Shown here: positions 29,340 through 39,235 of the stretch, in pieces
Layout: each line of letters starts with the position of its first letter
How positions within the stretch are numbered: the stretch's first letter is position 1
Assembly (NCBI GenBank): GCA_963663385.2
Contig: CAXXXD010000003.1
Span: 576,001 to 640,000 of the forward strand
Origin: Oceanispirochaeta sp.
Lineage (GTDB): Bacteria; Spirochaetota; Spirochaetia; DSM-2461
Direction: 5' to 3'
Length of the DNA stretch: 64,000 nucleotides
Program-made: the position numbers and the translations under genes
The notes under the pieces: generated by a model
The model's input: the letters and a program-made list of their open reading frames with translations, nothing else
The model's database searches: none
What the model was told of the DNA's origin: nothing

Positions 29340-31223
29340 ATGCAGAATAGAACAAAATTCAACATGGTTACCCTTCTGCCGGGAGCCATCTTTTTCATTA
29401 TACAATTTTTCAGTTTACAATACCTGATAAAGCCCTCCCGGGGAGATCTATTCAGAATCCTGCCCTATTACGGAATCGTCGCAGTTATCTGCCTTGTATC
29501 GTTTTATGTTATAATACTGAAATTCAGAAAGCTGGCCCTGGCTGATATTTCGGAAATCCGGGGTGACAATGCCGTGTTTTCCGACTATCTGAAAAATCTG
29601 GGGGCTGTACCGGTCCGCTCTCTTTTAACGAGTATGTTAACAATGGTTATTGCACAGATCCTGTTTCAGTTTGTTTACAGTTTCTGCCTGATAATTCCTC
29701 CAGCTGTTCTTCTGTCCTTTGCAGGGCTGATGATCGGATATGGCTTTCTGGCTGCGGGCTTTACCTATGTTTCGCTGGATCACTATATTACGGATTTCCT
29801 GTACAGTCAGAAAGTGGTGCATTTTCCCCTGGAAAAAGTAGCTGCCCGGCAAAAATCCAAAAATATTATTGTCCCTCTGTTTATTATGATAATAACCCTG
29901 TTATCGACTCTCTTCCTCTCTCTGATGATGCTCTATAATGCCCCTCTGGTCACAAGAGGGAATGATACCGCCATTTTTCAGTATCTTATTGTTCAGGTGC
30001 TGCCGTCAATTTCATTCTTTTTTATAGTTGTGCTTTTTCTGGTGATGAACTGGGCGAAGAACAATTCCACCCTGCATAAGATGATAACAAACCGGCTGGA
30101 AGACATGGTCTCCCATGATAAGAATCTGACCCGCCGTATTTACATATCCTCAGTGGATGAGCTGTCTGTTATCAGCCGTCATGTTAATGAATTCAGCAAT
30201 ATGATTGCCGACTATATAAGGGAAACCGGAAAAGTTTACGGAAAGCTGGATAAAAACCAGAAGGAACTATCCCTGTGCGTAGACGAATCCTCCTCTGCTA
30301 TCGGGGAAATATCCTCATTGCTGGACAAGACGATTGAATCTGTCGCGTCGGTAGACAGAATTGTCAAGGAAAACAGAATCACAGGAAAATCCCTTGCCGA
30401 AAACGTGGCAAAAACTGTGGAAGGCGTGGAAGGGCAGTCTGCCAGTGTCGCCGAATCGTCTGCTGCGGTAGAGCAGATGATTGCCTCCATCTCCGAAGTA
30501 ACCAGAAGAACGGGGAATGTCCGTGAAAATACGGATAATCTGGTACGATCGTTTCAGGACGGCGAGGACCGGGTCAATAAAACCATTACCTCCATCTCAG
30601 GGGTGGCGGAGCTCTCCGAAGGCCTGATGGGAATCAACCAGCTGATTTCCGGAATTGCCGCCAGAACCAATCTGCTGGCTATGAACGCTGCAATCGAAGC
30701 AGCTCATGCGGGAGATGCGGGAAGGGGATTTTCCGTCGTAGCCGATGAAATCCGCAAACTGGCGGAAAATACGGCTTCCCATACAAAATCCAGCAGCGAA
30801 AACCTTAAAAGAATCCTGGATGAGATTCAGGTATCCCTCAAGGCTGCCAAGTCTACCGGTATTTCCTTTAATGGCATGAAAGAAGGGGTCCTGCATATTC
30901 AGGATGAAACCCTCTCTATTGCAGAATCCATGTCCGAGCACGACAGGACCAACAGGGAAGTGCTCAAGCAGTTGACCCATACACGGGAGCTGGCGGAAAA
31001 CCTTGATCAAATTGCACAGACCCTGACCAGTCAGAGTAAGAGTCTGATCGATGATTTGAAAGTACTGGATGATGAATCGGATATCTCCCTGGAGTACGGT
31101 GCGGAAATGAAAGAAAAAAACAACCTTGTCAAAAAAGGGCTGGAGCAGCTGCAGAATGTCTCTTCCGTCACTCAGGAGCTGAACAGACAGACCCGTGTCA
31201 TGATTGAGTCTTTTAAGGTTTGA
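29340..31223 (+). CDS. Methyl-accepting chemotaxis protein with a multi-TM N-terminus
   Basis: About 6 TM, HAMP, and the signalling hairpin [34 protein letters not shown]. Confidence 0.93.
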   Translation: MQNRTKFNMVTLLPGAIFFIIQFFSLQYLIKPSRGDLFRILPYYGIVAVICLVSFYVIILKFRKLALADISEIRGDNAVFSDYLKNLGAVPVRSLLTSMLTMVIAQILFQFVYSFCLIIPPAVLLSFAGLMIGYGFLAAGFTYVSLDHYITDFLYSQKVVHFPLEKVAARQKSKNIIVPLFIMIITLLSTLFLSLMMLYNAPLVTRGNDTAIFQYLIVQVLPSISFFFIVVLFLVMNWAKNNSTLHKMITNRLEDMVSHDKNLTRRIYISSVDELSVISRHVNEFSNMIADYIRETGKVYGKLDKNQKELSLCVDESSSAIGEISSLLDKTIESVASVDRIVKENRITGKSLAENVAKTVEGVEGQSASVAESSAAVEQMIASISEVTRRTGNVRENTDNLVRSFQDGEDRVNKTITSISGVAELSEGLMGINQLISGIAARTNLLAMNAAIEAAHAGDAGRGFSVVADEIRKLAENTASHTKSSSENLKRILDEIQVSLKAAKSTGISFNGMKEGVLHIQDETLSIAESMSEHDRTNREVLKQLTHTRELAENLDQIAQTLTSQSKSLIDDLKVLDDESDISLEYGAEMKEKNNLVKKGLEQLQNVSSVTQELNRQTRVMIESFKV

Positions 31224-31297
31224 CAGTTCGTTTTCTATTCTATAATAATTAATATAATATTCTTTAATTCACAGTTCTGGGAAGGAGCCTGTTACAA

Positions 31298-31702
31298 ATG
31301 GAACAGCAGGAGTCACTGAGTAGGAATCAAGATGGAAACGAAACCATCCTGATTGCAGAAGATAACGAACAGGTCAGAAAACTGGCAGAGATTATCCTTG
31401 AAAACAATGGTTACTCCGTACTGGCTGCAGAAGATGGCGAGGCAGCTATGGAGATACTGCAGACTTCCGGAGGAGGGATAGATCTCCTTCTGACAGATCT
31501 GCTTATGCCGGGAATGAACGGCAGGGATCTATTCTTAAATGCAAAGAAGATATACAAATCCATAAAGGTCATCTATATGTCAGGCTATACGGATGATATT
31601 ATTTCTCCCGAGCAGGATCTGGAACCGGGAGTTTACTTTATTCAGAAGCCCTTTACCATCAATCTGCTGATCGACAAAGTCAGGGAAGCTCTGGATTCCT
31701 GA
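31298..31702 (+). CDS. Single-domain response regulator (hybrid-kinase-type receiver)
   Basis: ETILIAED, LLTDLLMPGMNG, YMSGY and QKPF motifs. Confidence 0.9.
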   Translation: MEQQESLSRNQDGNETILIAEDNEQVRKLAEIILENNGYSVLAAEDGEAAMEILQTSGGGIDLLLTDLLMPGMNGRDLFLNAKKIYKSIKVIYMSGYTDDIISPEQDLEPGVYFIQKPFTINLLIDKVREALDS

Positions 31703-31801
31703 CTTTTACGGGGAATCGCCTGATTATACGGCTGAAGTGATTGAAAATACAGCCAATATATAATAACTAATAATTAACCAATAACAAAAATGAGGTAGTT
31801 C

Positions 31802-32023
31802 GTGACGGAATGTGAGTTAATTGAAAAATGCCCTTTTTTCAACGATGCTCTGGGTAACAGGCCAGATACTGTTGAAGAAATGAAAGTAAAATACTGTAAA
31901 AGCAACAACCTGAACTGCGCCCGCTATATGATAGCGACCGCGGTCGGTAAGGAACATATACCCGCCGATCTATACCCGGACCAGAAAATGCAGGCCTACG
32001 CCGTAATAGCGGAAAACTCCTGA
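31802..32023 (+). CDS. Small Cys-rich hypothetical protein
   Basis: GAGG RBS and GTG start; C-x5-CPFF...YC-x6-CARY...P.DL.P pattern. Confidence 0.75.
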   Translation: MTECELIEKCPFFNDALGNRPDTVEEMKVKYCKSNNLNCARYMIATAVGKEHIPADLYPDQKMQAYAVIAENS

Positions 32024-32035
32024 TTTTTTATACCC

Positions 32036-32080
32036 TGACAGGACCGGGAGTACCCCTCCCGGTTTCGGTCCTGTTATTTT
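32036..32080. terminator. Hairpin between convergent genes (probable bidirectional terminator)
   Basis: acaggaccg/cggtcctgt and accgggag/ctcccggt inverted repeats, followed by a T-rich stretch. Confidence 0.65.
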
Positions 32081-32850
32081 TCCGGGATTTCACCAACGCC
32101 GTTTAAAACGTAATGGGGGCGATAGGCAAAACGTTCTATCTCGGCTCTGTCCGTAACACCGCTTAAAACCAGAACAGTTTCTATTTCCGATTCAATTCCG
32201 GCAATTATATCCGTGTCCATTCTGTCTCCTACAATGGCAGTTTCCTCTCTCCGGCAATTAAGCCTTTTAAGAGCGCTGCGCATCATTAACGGATTGGGTT
32301 TTCCCACGAAATAGGCTTTACTCCCTGTAGACAGTTCAATTGGACTGATCAGAGCGCCTGTGGAGGGGGCAATACCTTTCTCGACAGGTCCTGTCAGGTC
32401 CGGGTTTGTCCCGATTAATTTGGCTCCGTTCTTTACCAGATTGACTGCATGAATAAGCGTATCCATATTGTACGTACGGGAATCTCCCACAATCACATAG
32501 TCGGGATTTATATCATTCATGGAGAACCCCGCATCATAGAGGGCATTGGTCAGCCCGGCTTCACCGATAACGTAGGCGCTGCCTCCGGGACACTGGTTCT
32601 TCAGAAAATCGGCGGTAGCCAGGGCGCTTGTATAGAAATGATCAACCGTTACTTCCACACCAAGACGTGACAGCTTCTGCTGGAGTTCGCGTGGAGACCG
32701 CTCGGAGGCATTGGTCAGAAAAAGGAACTTTTTATCCCTTTCTTTCAGCCAGTTTACAAATTCCGGAACCCCGGGAAGCAGCTTGTTGCCGTGGTAGATT
32801 ACACCGTCCATATCGCATATAAAAGCATTCTTGTTCTGCAGGTTTATCAT
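32074..32850 (-). CDS. nagD: HAD-IIA family hydrolase NagD
   Basis: CDMDGV, LTN, TNPD, GKPNP and GDRMDTDI motifs. Confidence 0.9.
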   Translation of the reverse strand: MINLQNKNAFICDMDGVIYHGNKLLPGVPEFVNWLKERDKKFLFLTNASERSPRELQQKLSRLGVEVTVDHFYTSALATADFLKNQCPGGSAYVIGEAGLTNALYDAGFSMNDINPDYVIVGDSRTYNMDTLIHAVNLVKNGAKLIGTNPDLTGPVEKGIAPSTGALISPIELSTGSKAYFVGKPNPLMMRSALKRLNCRREETAIVGDRMDTDIIAGIESEIETVLVLSGVTDRAEIERFAYRPHYVLNGVGEIPEK

Positions 32851-32902
32851 GGGACCTCTTGTTCTATTCGGGATTTATCGAATTTTATCATTTATGTTCG
32901 AT

Positions 32903-34444
32903 TCAGGGAAGGAATCTCCTTAAATCTTCAAAGAGGGTCTCCACATCCAGTGATGCGGCTACTTCAGGCAGGTTATCCGCATCATACCGGGTTTCTCCAA
33001 TCCTGTTTCCCAAATCGTCGTAACTGTACTCAAATTTCCATACCCCGTTACCGGAGCTGTCGTAACTGCCGAGGCTGGCCGTATGGCCGTCATCATCGTA
33101 CAGCAGAATAAAAGACCCGTTTTCCCTGTCATCCGATGTATCGGTTGTGCCTTTGGCATCCCAGACCGCAATTGTGATCTTTTTATTTGCCTCATCGTAA
33201 GAAAAGGAATAGTACCCTATATAACTGTCATCTCCATCGTAGTGCCGGATTGTCTGGATACTCCTGGCATAGTCTTCCGATACCGCAGGTGTAACAGAGT
33301 ATTCGTAGACAAATCTCTGCAGCAGCGTATCCCCGTTATAAATACAGATGCCGGCGGGAACACCCGATGTGTAGGTAAAATCATAGCGCAGGGGAATATA
33401 CAGGCTGTCACCTGATGTGTTAAGGCTTGTCAGATAAGAGTTGGAATCGTAAGTAAACTCAAGTTTCAGAACCGTTTCTCCGTTATACGTTGTGTTTTTA
33501 CTCTTCACCCTGCTGTTTTCATAGGCAATGACCGTTTCTATGGGAAGATCGTTCAGCTGTTCGGGGGCGCTCCTTTTCAGGTAAACAGGAAGGTAGCTGC
33601 TGTTCAGAGTCGCCATTGTATAGCCGAAGCTGTCGTAAACCCATAGACTCATCCAGCTGTAATCCCTGCTGTCGTCAATCAGATTCAGAACCGGGATGGA
33701 CGGGGCTGCCGGTGCTGCAGGGGCGGTCAGACCGGCGCTGTTGCGGCTCTCCGTATTTACACCGCCCCAGGCAGGAAAGCTCTCTGCGGAAAAGCAGGAT
33801 TTAAAAGTATCGGAAGAGGTCGTCGAACCGTAGCCTGTGTTTTTTATGCTTCTGTTGCTGCCGTCGTAAGAGCTTGCAATATAGGCAGTCCGGTGAGAAT
33901 CCGGACCATAGAGGGAGCTGAGGGTTGTATTTCCCGCGCTGTCATATTCATAGCTGTAAGCCCATTCCAGAGAAAAGGTCTCTTTGTATCGGGCGGATGT
34001 AAGAGTCCGGCTGTTTCCGTCATAAGTCCAGGTTTCAAACCACTTGAGGCTGCTTTTTTCATCATAGTTATTCTGCTGCAGAGCTTTCCCGCCGGAATAC
34101 ACATTGGTATTGAACCAGGAAAGGGTATTGTCGCTGTCAAAGTAGGCTTCCATAACAAGGTCGTTTCCACTCCAGCCGTACACATAGGACCATAAAACGC
34201 TGTTCGAGGGGAGGCAGTGCTTCATAAAAATACACTGGCCATCAGCATTAAAATCGTAGTACTCCATCCAGATGAGCGTCCCGTCGCCTTGGTAGTAGTA
34301 TTTTATATCATTTTCAGAATCGTATCTGTAATAGGATGCGGCTTCGCCTTCATCATCCCCGCTGTCATCCAGAAAATCCAGGGAACAGCTCTGTATCAAA
34401 ATCAACAGAATAAGAGACGTAAACATTCCTGCTTTACGGATCAT
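32903..34444 (-). CDS. Lipoprotein with YD/RHS-like beta-hairpin repeats
   Basis: ATG 34444, lipobox LIQSC; many x-Y-x-YD-x-x-G-N units; central APAAPAAP linker. Confidence 0.75.
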   Translation of the reverse strand: MIRKAGMFTSLILLILIQSCSLDFLDDSGDDEGEAASYYRYDSENDIKYYYQGDGTLIWMEYYDFNADGQCIFMKHCLPSNSVLWSYVYGWSGNDLVMEAYFDSDNTLSWFNTNVYSGGKALQQNNYDEKSSLKWFETWTYDGNSRTLTSARYKETFSLEWAYSYEYDSAGNTTLSSLYGPDSHRTAYIASSYDGSNRSIKNTGYGSTTSSDTFKSCFSAESFPAWGGVNTESRNSAGLTAPAAPAAPSIPVLNLIDDSRDYSWMSLWVYDSFGYTMATLNSSYLPVYLKRSAPEQLNDLPIETVIAYENSRVKSKNTTYNGETVLKLEFTYDSNSYLTSLNTSGDSLYIPLRYDFTYTSGVPAGICIYNGDTLLQRFVYEYSVTPAVSEDYARSIQTIRHYDGDDSYIGYYSFSYDEANKKITIAVWDAKGTTDTSDDRENGSFILLYDDDGHTASLGSYDSSGNGVWKFEYSYDDLGNRIGETRYDADNLPEVAASLDVETLFEDLRRFLP

Positions 34445-34519
34445 TTTTTCACCTTTATTAATACATTTCTTTGTATTAATATATCCCAATACATACGTAA
34501 AATCAAAAGGGATGAGGAT

Positions 34520-35620
34520 ATTATCAGAAAACAATTTTCAGGGATTTATATATTGGTTCTCCTCCTCTTCTGTCAGAGAATTTCTGCGGAAATAGCGGTT
34601 TCCCTGGAGATGCCCGAGCTGGGCGAGGGCATGGGGCGCCTGGAAGCCCTGCTGGCGGAAAACATTGCCCCCGCCATGGCGGAGATTGACGCATCCGTTG
34701 CGGATCTGCTGGAAAAACCGAAGCTTACGGGAGCTTTCAGTACCGCTGCCGGGCTGAGCAGCTCCCTCCCCCTGCAGGGAAATGGGATGGTTTCATCCGA
34801 ATACAGCCTTTCCCTGGGCAGTTATGCCTCACTCTACTCCTATACATTTGATACGGATGCTCTGGAAGAAAGGTTCAGTCAGCTGAGCGAAGAGGACGAT
34901 TTTGAGTTCGGAGTCAATATCCATCTGGTAAATGCAGGGTTTTTCTTTCCCTTGAAAAAACTTCATCCCTGCTCTTCCGGGTTTGTTTCTCTTGCCTATT
35001 CCGATCTGTCGGGAGAAGAGGTCTTTATCAGAAGTTTCTTTATTCAAACCGCTCTGGGACACATGCCTTTCCGGGAGAAAAAACTTAACCGCAGTTTCAA
35101 GTGGTCCCCCCTTTACGGGCAGATCGCTGTCAGTTACAGCTCAAGCCGTCTTGGTACCGAATTTGAAACAGGTGTCATCGAAGAGGAATTTGAACTGGAT
35201 CCCGACGGGAACGGTCCCCTGATAGCACAGGATGTGAGCATTGAAATTGATCCCCTGGTAAAGCTCGGGCTGGAATCCCGGATAGGGACTCTGACGGCCG
35301 CCTTCTCATCGGGAATCACTCTTCTGGATTTCCTGCATTGCTATATCGGCGCCGGAATCAGCACAGCCTTCGGCAGAACGGATATTGCCGTAGACAGCTC
35401 GGATGAAATTACCGTGATGGGGTACCTTTCGGGGCTGATTGAAAAGGAGGGACGTTTTATTATCAGCGGAAGCGTTGAGGGATCAGCCCCTGTGGTTCTG
35501 CTTCCCTATTTTTTTACGGGCCTTCAACTCGACATCAGCTCCCTGTTTCTGCGAATCCCCTTTCAGTATAATCCTGAAACCGGTATCAGCGGCGGGATCA
35601 GTATGGGGGTTTCCCTGTGA
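34520..35620 (+). CDS. Putative outer-membrane beta-barrel protein (start codon uncertain)
   Basis: Signal-peptide-like IIRKQFSGIYILVLLLFCQRISA, amphipathic beta strands and C-terminal GGISMGVSL. The ORF-track start at 34217 overlaps the opposite-strand lipoprotein gene. Confidence 0.6.
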   Translation: MIRKQFSGIYILVLLLFCQRISAEIAVSLEMPELGEGMGRLEALLAENIAPAMAEIDASVADLLEKPKLTGAFSTAAGLSSSLPLQGNGMVSSEYSLSLGSYASLYSYTFDTDALEERFSQLSEEDDFEFGVNIHLVNAGFFFPLKKLHPCSSGFVSLAYSDLSGEEVFIRSFFIQTALGHMPFREKKLNRSFKWSPLYGQIAVSYSSSRLGTEFETGVIEEEFELDPDGNGPLIAQDVSIEIDPLVKLGLESRIGTLTAAFSSGITLLDFLHCYIGAGISTAFGRTDIAVDSSDEITVMGYLSGLIEKEGRFIISGSVEGSAPVVLLPYFFTGLQLDISSLFLRIPFQYNPETGISGGISMGVSL

Positions 35621-36882
35621 TCCGTTTTTTTAATCCCTGTTTCATACTATGCCTGACAATTGTGCTATCCCCGTACCTGATAAGTGCAGAGGACACCCCT
35701 TCTGGGGTGTACCCGGGTGACGTATTTTATATTACCCCTTCTTTTTCCAGTGCTTACCTTCTTTCCGGTTCTGATGCGGCAGGAGGGGAACTTCGGGCCG
35801 GGCTGCAGTGCTCCCAGCTGGTAGATTCCTATATATTCGGTATGGAAGGAGGCTACGGCTTTCTGGATGAAAAAGGAGAGGATCCCCGGCCATTTTCAAT
35901 GATTACTTTAAAAGGGGCTTACCGTTATACCCCCTTTTTCCTGTTCAGTGTGGACCCCTTTCTTTCCCTCTCCCTTCTGAACCTGTCCGTTCCGGCTCTT
36001 TCTTTAGGCAGCTCTCTGAATTTTCATATCACTGACAGAAATTTCCTGTCTCTGGATCTGGCGGTTCAAATCCCCTTCAGTACTGTAAAACCCCATTTCT
36101 CTTTAGGGATAGGGATAAAGCACCGCATTCCGGTTCTTCGCAAATTCCCGCCCCTGAATGCGGAAGTCGAGCTCTCCACTACTGTTTTTTCTCCCGACGG
36201 TGACGGCGTGAATGACACTCTGGACATTGCATTGCAGACGAAAAACGGTTCATCCTGCCGGGAGTGGACGGTTGAAATAAGGGATCATCATCAGAATCCC
36301 GTTAAAACCTGGTCGGGAAAGGGGGAGCCTCCCGGAGAAATCCGCTGGGACGGTTACTCCAGCGAAAACAGTATGGTCTTTTCCGCTTCCGATTATTATC
36401 TTGAAATCCGAATGACCGACAAGCTGGGTAACCGCCTTTCGGATACGGCAGAATTCGTAACCGATGTGTTTGTCGAAAACGTGGGGGGGCAGCTGAGAAT
36501 CCGGATTCCCGGAATTCAGTTCTCACCGGGAGCGGCGGATTTTTCACTGCTCAGCCGGGAGGAGATAGATAAAAACAGGGAAAAGATAGCCAGACTGAGC
36601 ACTATCCTGGATAAATTCCCCGACTACCGGATCATGATAGAAGGTCACGGGAACCTGATCTACTGGGCGTCGAAAGAGAAAGCGCAGAAAGAGCAGGAGG
36701 ATGTTCTTATCCCCCTTTCAAGAGCAAGGGCCATGCAGATAAAGAGGGTGCTGATCGAAGAGGGGATAGACCCGGACAGGCTGGATGTTTCCGGCAAAGG
36801 GGGGGAGTCTCCTCTGGTTCCCTTTTCGGATGAACAGAACCGCTGGAAAAACCGGCGGGTGGAATTTATTCTTCTCCGTTAA
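35617..36882 (+). CDS. OmpA-family protein with a small N-terminal barrel-like region and an FlgD/Ig-like domain
   Basis: FSPDGDGVNDTL, WDG, IEGH, LSRARA and NRRVEF motifs; GTGA coupling to the upstream gene. Confidence 0.88.
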   Translation: MIRFFNPCFILCLTIVLSPYLISAEDTPSGVYPGDVFYITPSFSSAYLLSGSDAAGGELRAGLQCSQLVDSYIFGMEGGYGFLDEKGEDPRPFSMITLKGAYRYTPFFLFSVDPFLSLSLLNLSVPALSLGSSLNFHITDRNFLSLDLAVQIPFSTVKPHFSLGIGIKHRIPVLRKFPPLNAEVELSTTVFSPDGDGVNDTLDIALQTKNGSSCREWTVEIRDHHQNPVKTWSGKGEPPGEIRWDGYSSENSMVFSASDYYLEIRMTDKLGNRLSDTAEFVTDVFVENVGGQLRIRIPGIQFSPGAADFSLLSREEIDKNREKIARLSTILDKFPDYRIMIEGHGNLIYWASKEKAQKEQEDVLIPLSRARAMQIKRVLIEEGIDPDRLDVSGKGGESPLVPFSDEQNRWKNRRVEFILLR

Positions 36883-37219
36883 GAAAATAATCAACCATAA
36901 CCGCAAACAGGGCTGTTCCGATAAGGCAGGTTCCTGTGAGGATAATTCCGTTCTGCATCTCCCTTCCATCCGGATTGCTTAATCCCTTGTCAATTGTGTT
37001 ATGGGCGGTGCAGAGGGAGAGGCCCATCATACCGAGGGTTCCTGCTGCGCTGATCCATAATCCCGTGTTGTCGCTGTAATGATCAGGCAGATAGTCTGTC
37101 AGGGGTTTTTCGGAAGGCGGGGGTGGGCTGAAGTCATCTCTGGTTTTAATCTCTTCCGATGACAGAGATGCGGATGTCAGGTAAAACAGAAGAACCGGGA
37201 TGAGGAATACACGTTTCAT
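36866..37219 (-). CDS. Small hypothetical membrane protein
   Basis: Signal peptide plus two hydrophobic helices. Confidence 0.6.
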   Translation of the reverse strand: MKRVFLIPVLLFYLTSASLSSEEIKTRDDFSPPPPSEKPLTDYLPDHYSDNTGLWISAAGTLGMMGLSLCTAHNTIDKGLSNPDGREMQNGIILTGTCLIGTALFAVMVDYFLNGEE

Positions 37220-37263
37220 GGCAAAAAGTATAAGTGGTCCCGGGACATCCCGTCAATCAGCTT

Positions 37264-37316
37264 CAGGGGTGTACTGTAAAGTGTGCGGGATTGCATACCT
37301 TACAGTACACCCTCTG
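37264..37316 (-). terminator. Long hairpin downstream of the NSS transporter operon
   Basis: gggtgtactgtaa (37267-37279) pairs with ttacagtacaccc (37300-37312). Confidence 0.7.
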
Positions 37317-37321
37317 GTTTT

Positions 37322-37417
37322 TTACTGTTTTCTAACGGCAATATACAGACAGAAGGCGGCTCCGCCCCATGTCACAGCCAATCCGAAAATCATCATGATT
37401 ACAGCTTCAAGGCTCAT
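37322..37417 (-). CDS. MetS-family small subunit of the NSS transporter (31 aa; not in the ORF track)
   Basis: MSLEAVIMMIFGLAVTWGGAAFCLYIAVRKQ; ATGA overlap with the NSS gene stop; GGAG RBS; WGG motif. Confidence 0.85.
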   Translation of the reverse strand: MSLEAVIMMIFGLAVTWGGAAFCLYIAVRKQ

Positions 37418-39009
37418 GCGCTTTCTCCTTCCAGGTGTATTTTATGACTCTTCAATTTCTGAAAAACAAAAGAGAAAACAAAAACTCCTATGACGGAAAT
37501 CCAGCCATAGAGAATGAGTTCCCTGCTTCCATACCCTTCATACCCGGGGGCAACCTGATCAATGGTAATGACAATCCCGTTGTCCACCAGGATATCCAAT
37601 GCATTGACCTTCGCAAGAAGACCGGCTGCTCCGATTCGCAGCTCTGAAGCAAAATTGGTAATGGCCATGCTTCCCAGAACAACAGGGGTCAGGACTTTCA
37701 GGCAGAAATTCCACCATTTTTTTACAGGATAATCCGAAAGGGGATTGATATGTTCCTTCAGGTCATCCAGACGGAACACCCAGGCAAACAGGATGACCTC
37801 TGTCAGTCCCACAAAAAGAATCCCGAAGTTATTGATAAAATGATCGACAATATCAAGGATATAGATCCCCGCCCCGGTGGCATACACTGTACTGAACAGG
37901 AATCCGCCGCTACAGTAGACGGTTACGGTCTTTTTCCGCTGCAGACCGAATTTATCTATAAAACTGGCAATGACGGTTTCATTGATGGAGATAGCGGAAG
38001 AGAGTCCTGCAATCGTCAGGGACAGGAAGAAGAGAGGGCCTATCAGCCAGGGGGCAGGCATGTAATTAATCGCCTGCGGGATGGTAACAAAGGCGAGACC
38101 TATACCGGCGGAAACCACCTGATCCACTCCAACGCCCTGAGCCTGAGCCATATGGCCGAGGATGGCAAAAATCATGATTCCGGCGATGACACTGAAACCG
38201 CAGTTCAGAAGTCCGGTCATAAATCCGTTGTTGACAATATCCGAATCCTTGGGCAGGTAACTGGAGTAGGTGATCATAATGGCGAATCCGATACTCATGG
38301 AGTAGAAAATCTGTCCATACGCGCTGGTCCATACGGAAACGTCCCACAGTTTTGAAAAATCCGGTTTGAACAGCCAGTCCAGACCAACGCCCGCTCCTTC
38401 CAGAAAAAGGCTTCGTCCTGTCAGAAACAGAACCAGAACGATCAGGGTGGGCATAAAAATCTTGTTGGCCAGCTCTATACCTTTGGATACACCGCTGAAA
38501 AGGATATACCACATGATACCCCAGACCGCTGCCAGAGCAGCCAGGACAGGCCAGTTCATTCCCCCCAGGCTGAGAGGACTGCTGCTGATTTTCAGAAAAT
38601 CATTGAAAAAGAAGCCGCCCGTGTCCGAACCCCATACCTGTCCGAAAGCCATAAAGGTATAGGATACTGTCCAGGCAATGATAATTACATAGTAAAGCCC
38701 TATCACCAGGGCTACCAGAACCTGCCACCAGCCGACCCATTCAAATTTGTTCAAATGTCTGTAACTCTTTGTCAATCTGGCAAATACGCTGGGTGCGCCC
38801 CCGCGGTATTTATGACCCAGACCGAACTCCATTACAAGAATGGGAATCCCCGCAGTCAGCATGGCGAAGAAGTAGGGGATCAGAAAGGTGCCCCCTCCGT
38901 TACTATATGCCTGATAGGGGAAACGCCAGATGTTTCCCAACCCGATGGCGGAACCGACGGCGGCCATTATAAAGCCCATTCTGGTTCCCCACTGTTGTCG
39001 TTTTTCCAC
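37414..39009 (-). CDS. Sodium-dependent NSS/SNF family amino-acid transporter
   Basis: GSAIGLGNIWRFPY, NGGGTFLIPY, GQIFYSMS and GLAF motifs. Confidence 0.95.
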   Translation of the reverse strand: MEKRQQWGTRMGFIMAAVGSAIGLGNIWRFPYQAYSNGGGTFLIPYFFAMLTAGIPILVMEFGLGHKYRGGAPSVFARLTKSYRHLNKFEWVGWWQVLVALVIGLYYVIIIAWTVSYTFMAFGQVWGSDTGGFFFNDFLKISSSPLSLGGMNWPVLAALAAVWGIMWYILFSGVSKGIELANKIFMPTLIVLVLFLTGRSLFLEGAGVGLDWLFKPDFSKLWDVSVWTSAYGQIFYSMSIGFAIMITYSSYLPKDSDIVNNGFMTGLLNCGFSVIAGIMIFAILGHMAQAQGVGVDQVVSAGIGLAFVTIPQAINYMPAPWLIGPLFFLSLTIAGLSSAISINETVIASFIDKFGLQRKKTVTVYCSGGFLFSTVYATGAGIYILDIVDHFINNFGILFVGLTEVILFAWVFRLDDLKEHINPLSDYPVKKWWNFCLKVLTPVVLGSMAITNFASELRIGAAGLLAKVNALDILVDNGIVITIDQVAPGYEGYGSRELILYGWISVIGVFVFSFVFQKLKSHKIHLEGESA

Positions 39010-39235
39010 TGTTTATTCTCCTGAATTATTAAATTATTCAATCAAACTCCGGGAAATATAACATTTTTTACGAATAAGAAAAGTATATGGGGCAATAAAT
39101 AAGAATATTTTTAATCTACCCATTGATTTTATCATAATCCGTAGTATACCGTTGCATTTCGGGTCGGTCAGCCTGAACTGATGCAGGGATGCTGTATTGC
39201 TTTTGAACAACCTATCTACTATCTTTAATAGTGAA

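Noticed and set aside
32903..34444. RHS/polymorphic toxin interpretation of the YD-like protein
   Set aside because: No DPxG RHS core motif, toxin tip or immunity gene; it has a lipobox and is short.
34217..34519. N-terminal extension of the 467-aa ORF
   Set aside because: Overlaps the opposite-strand lipoprotein gene and precedes an evident signal peptide.
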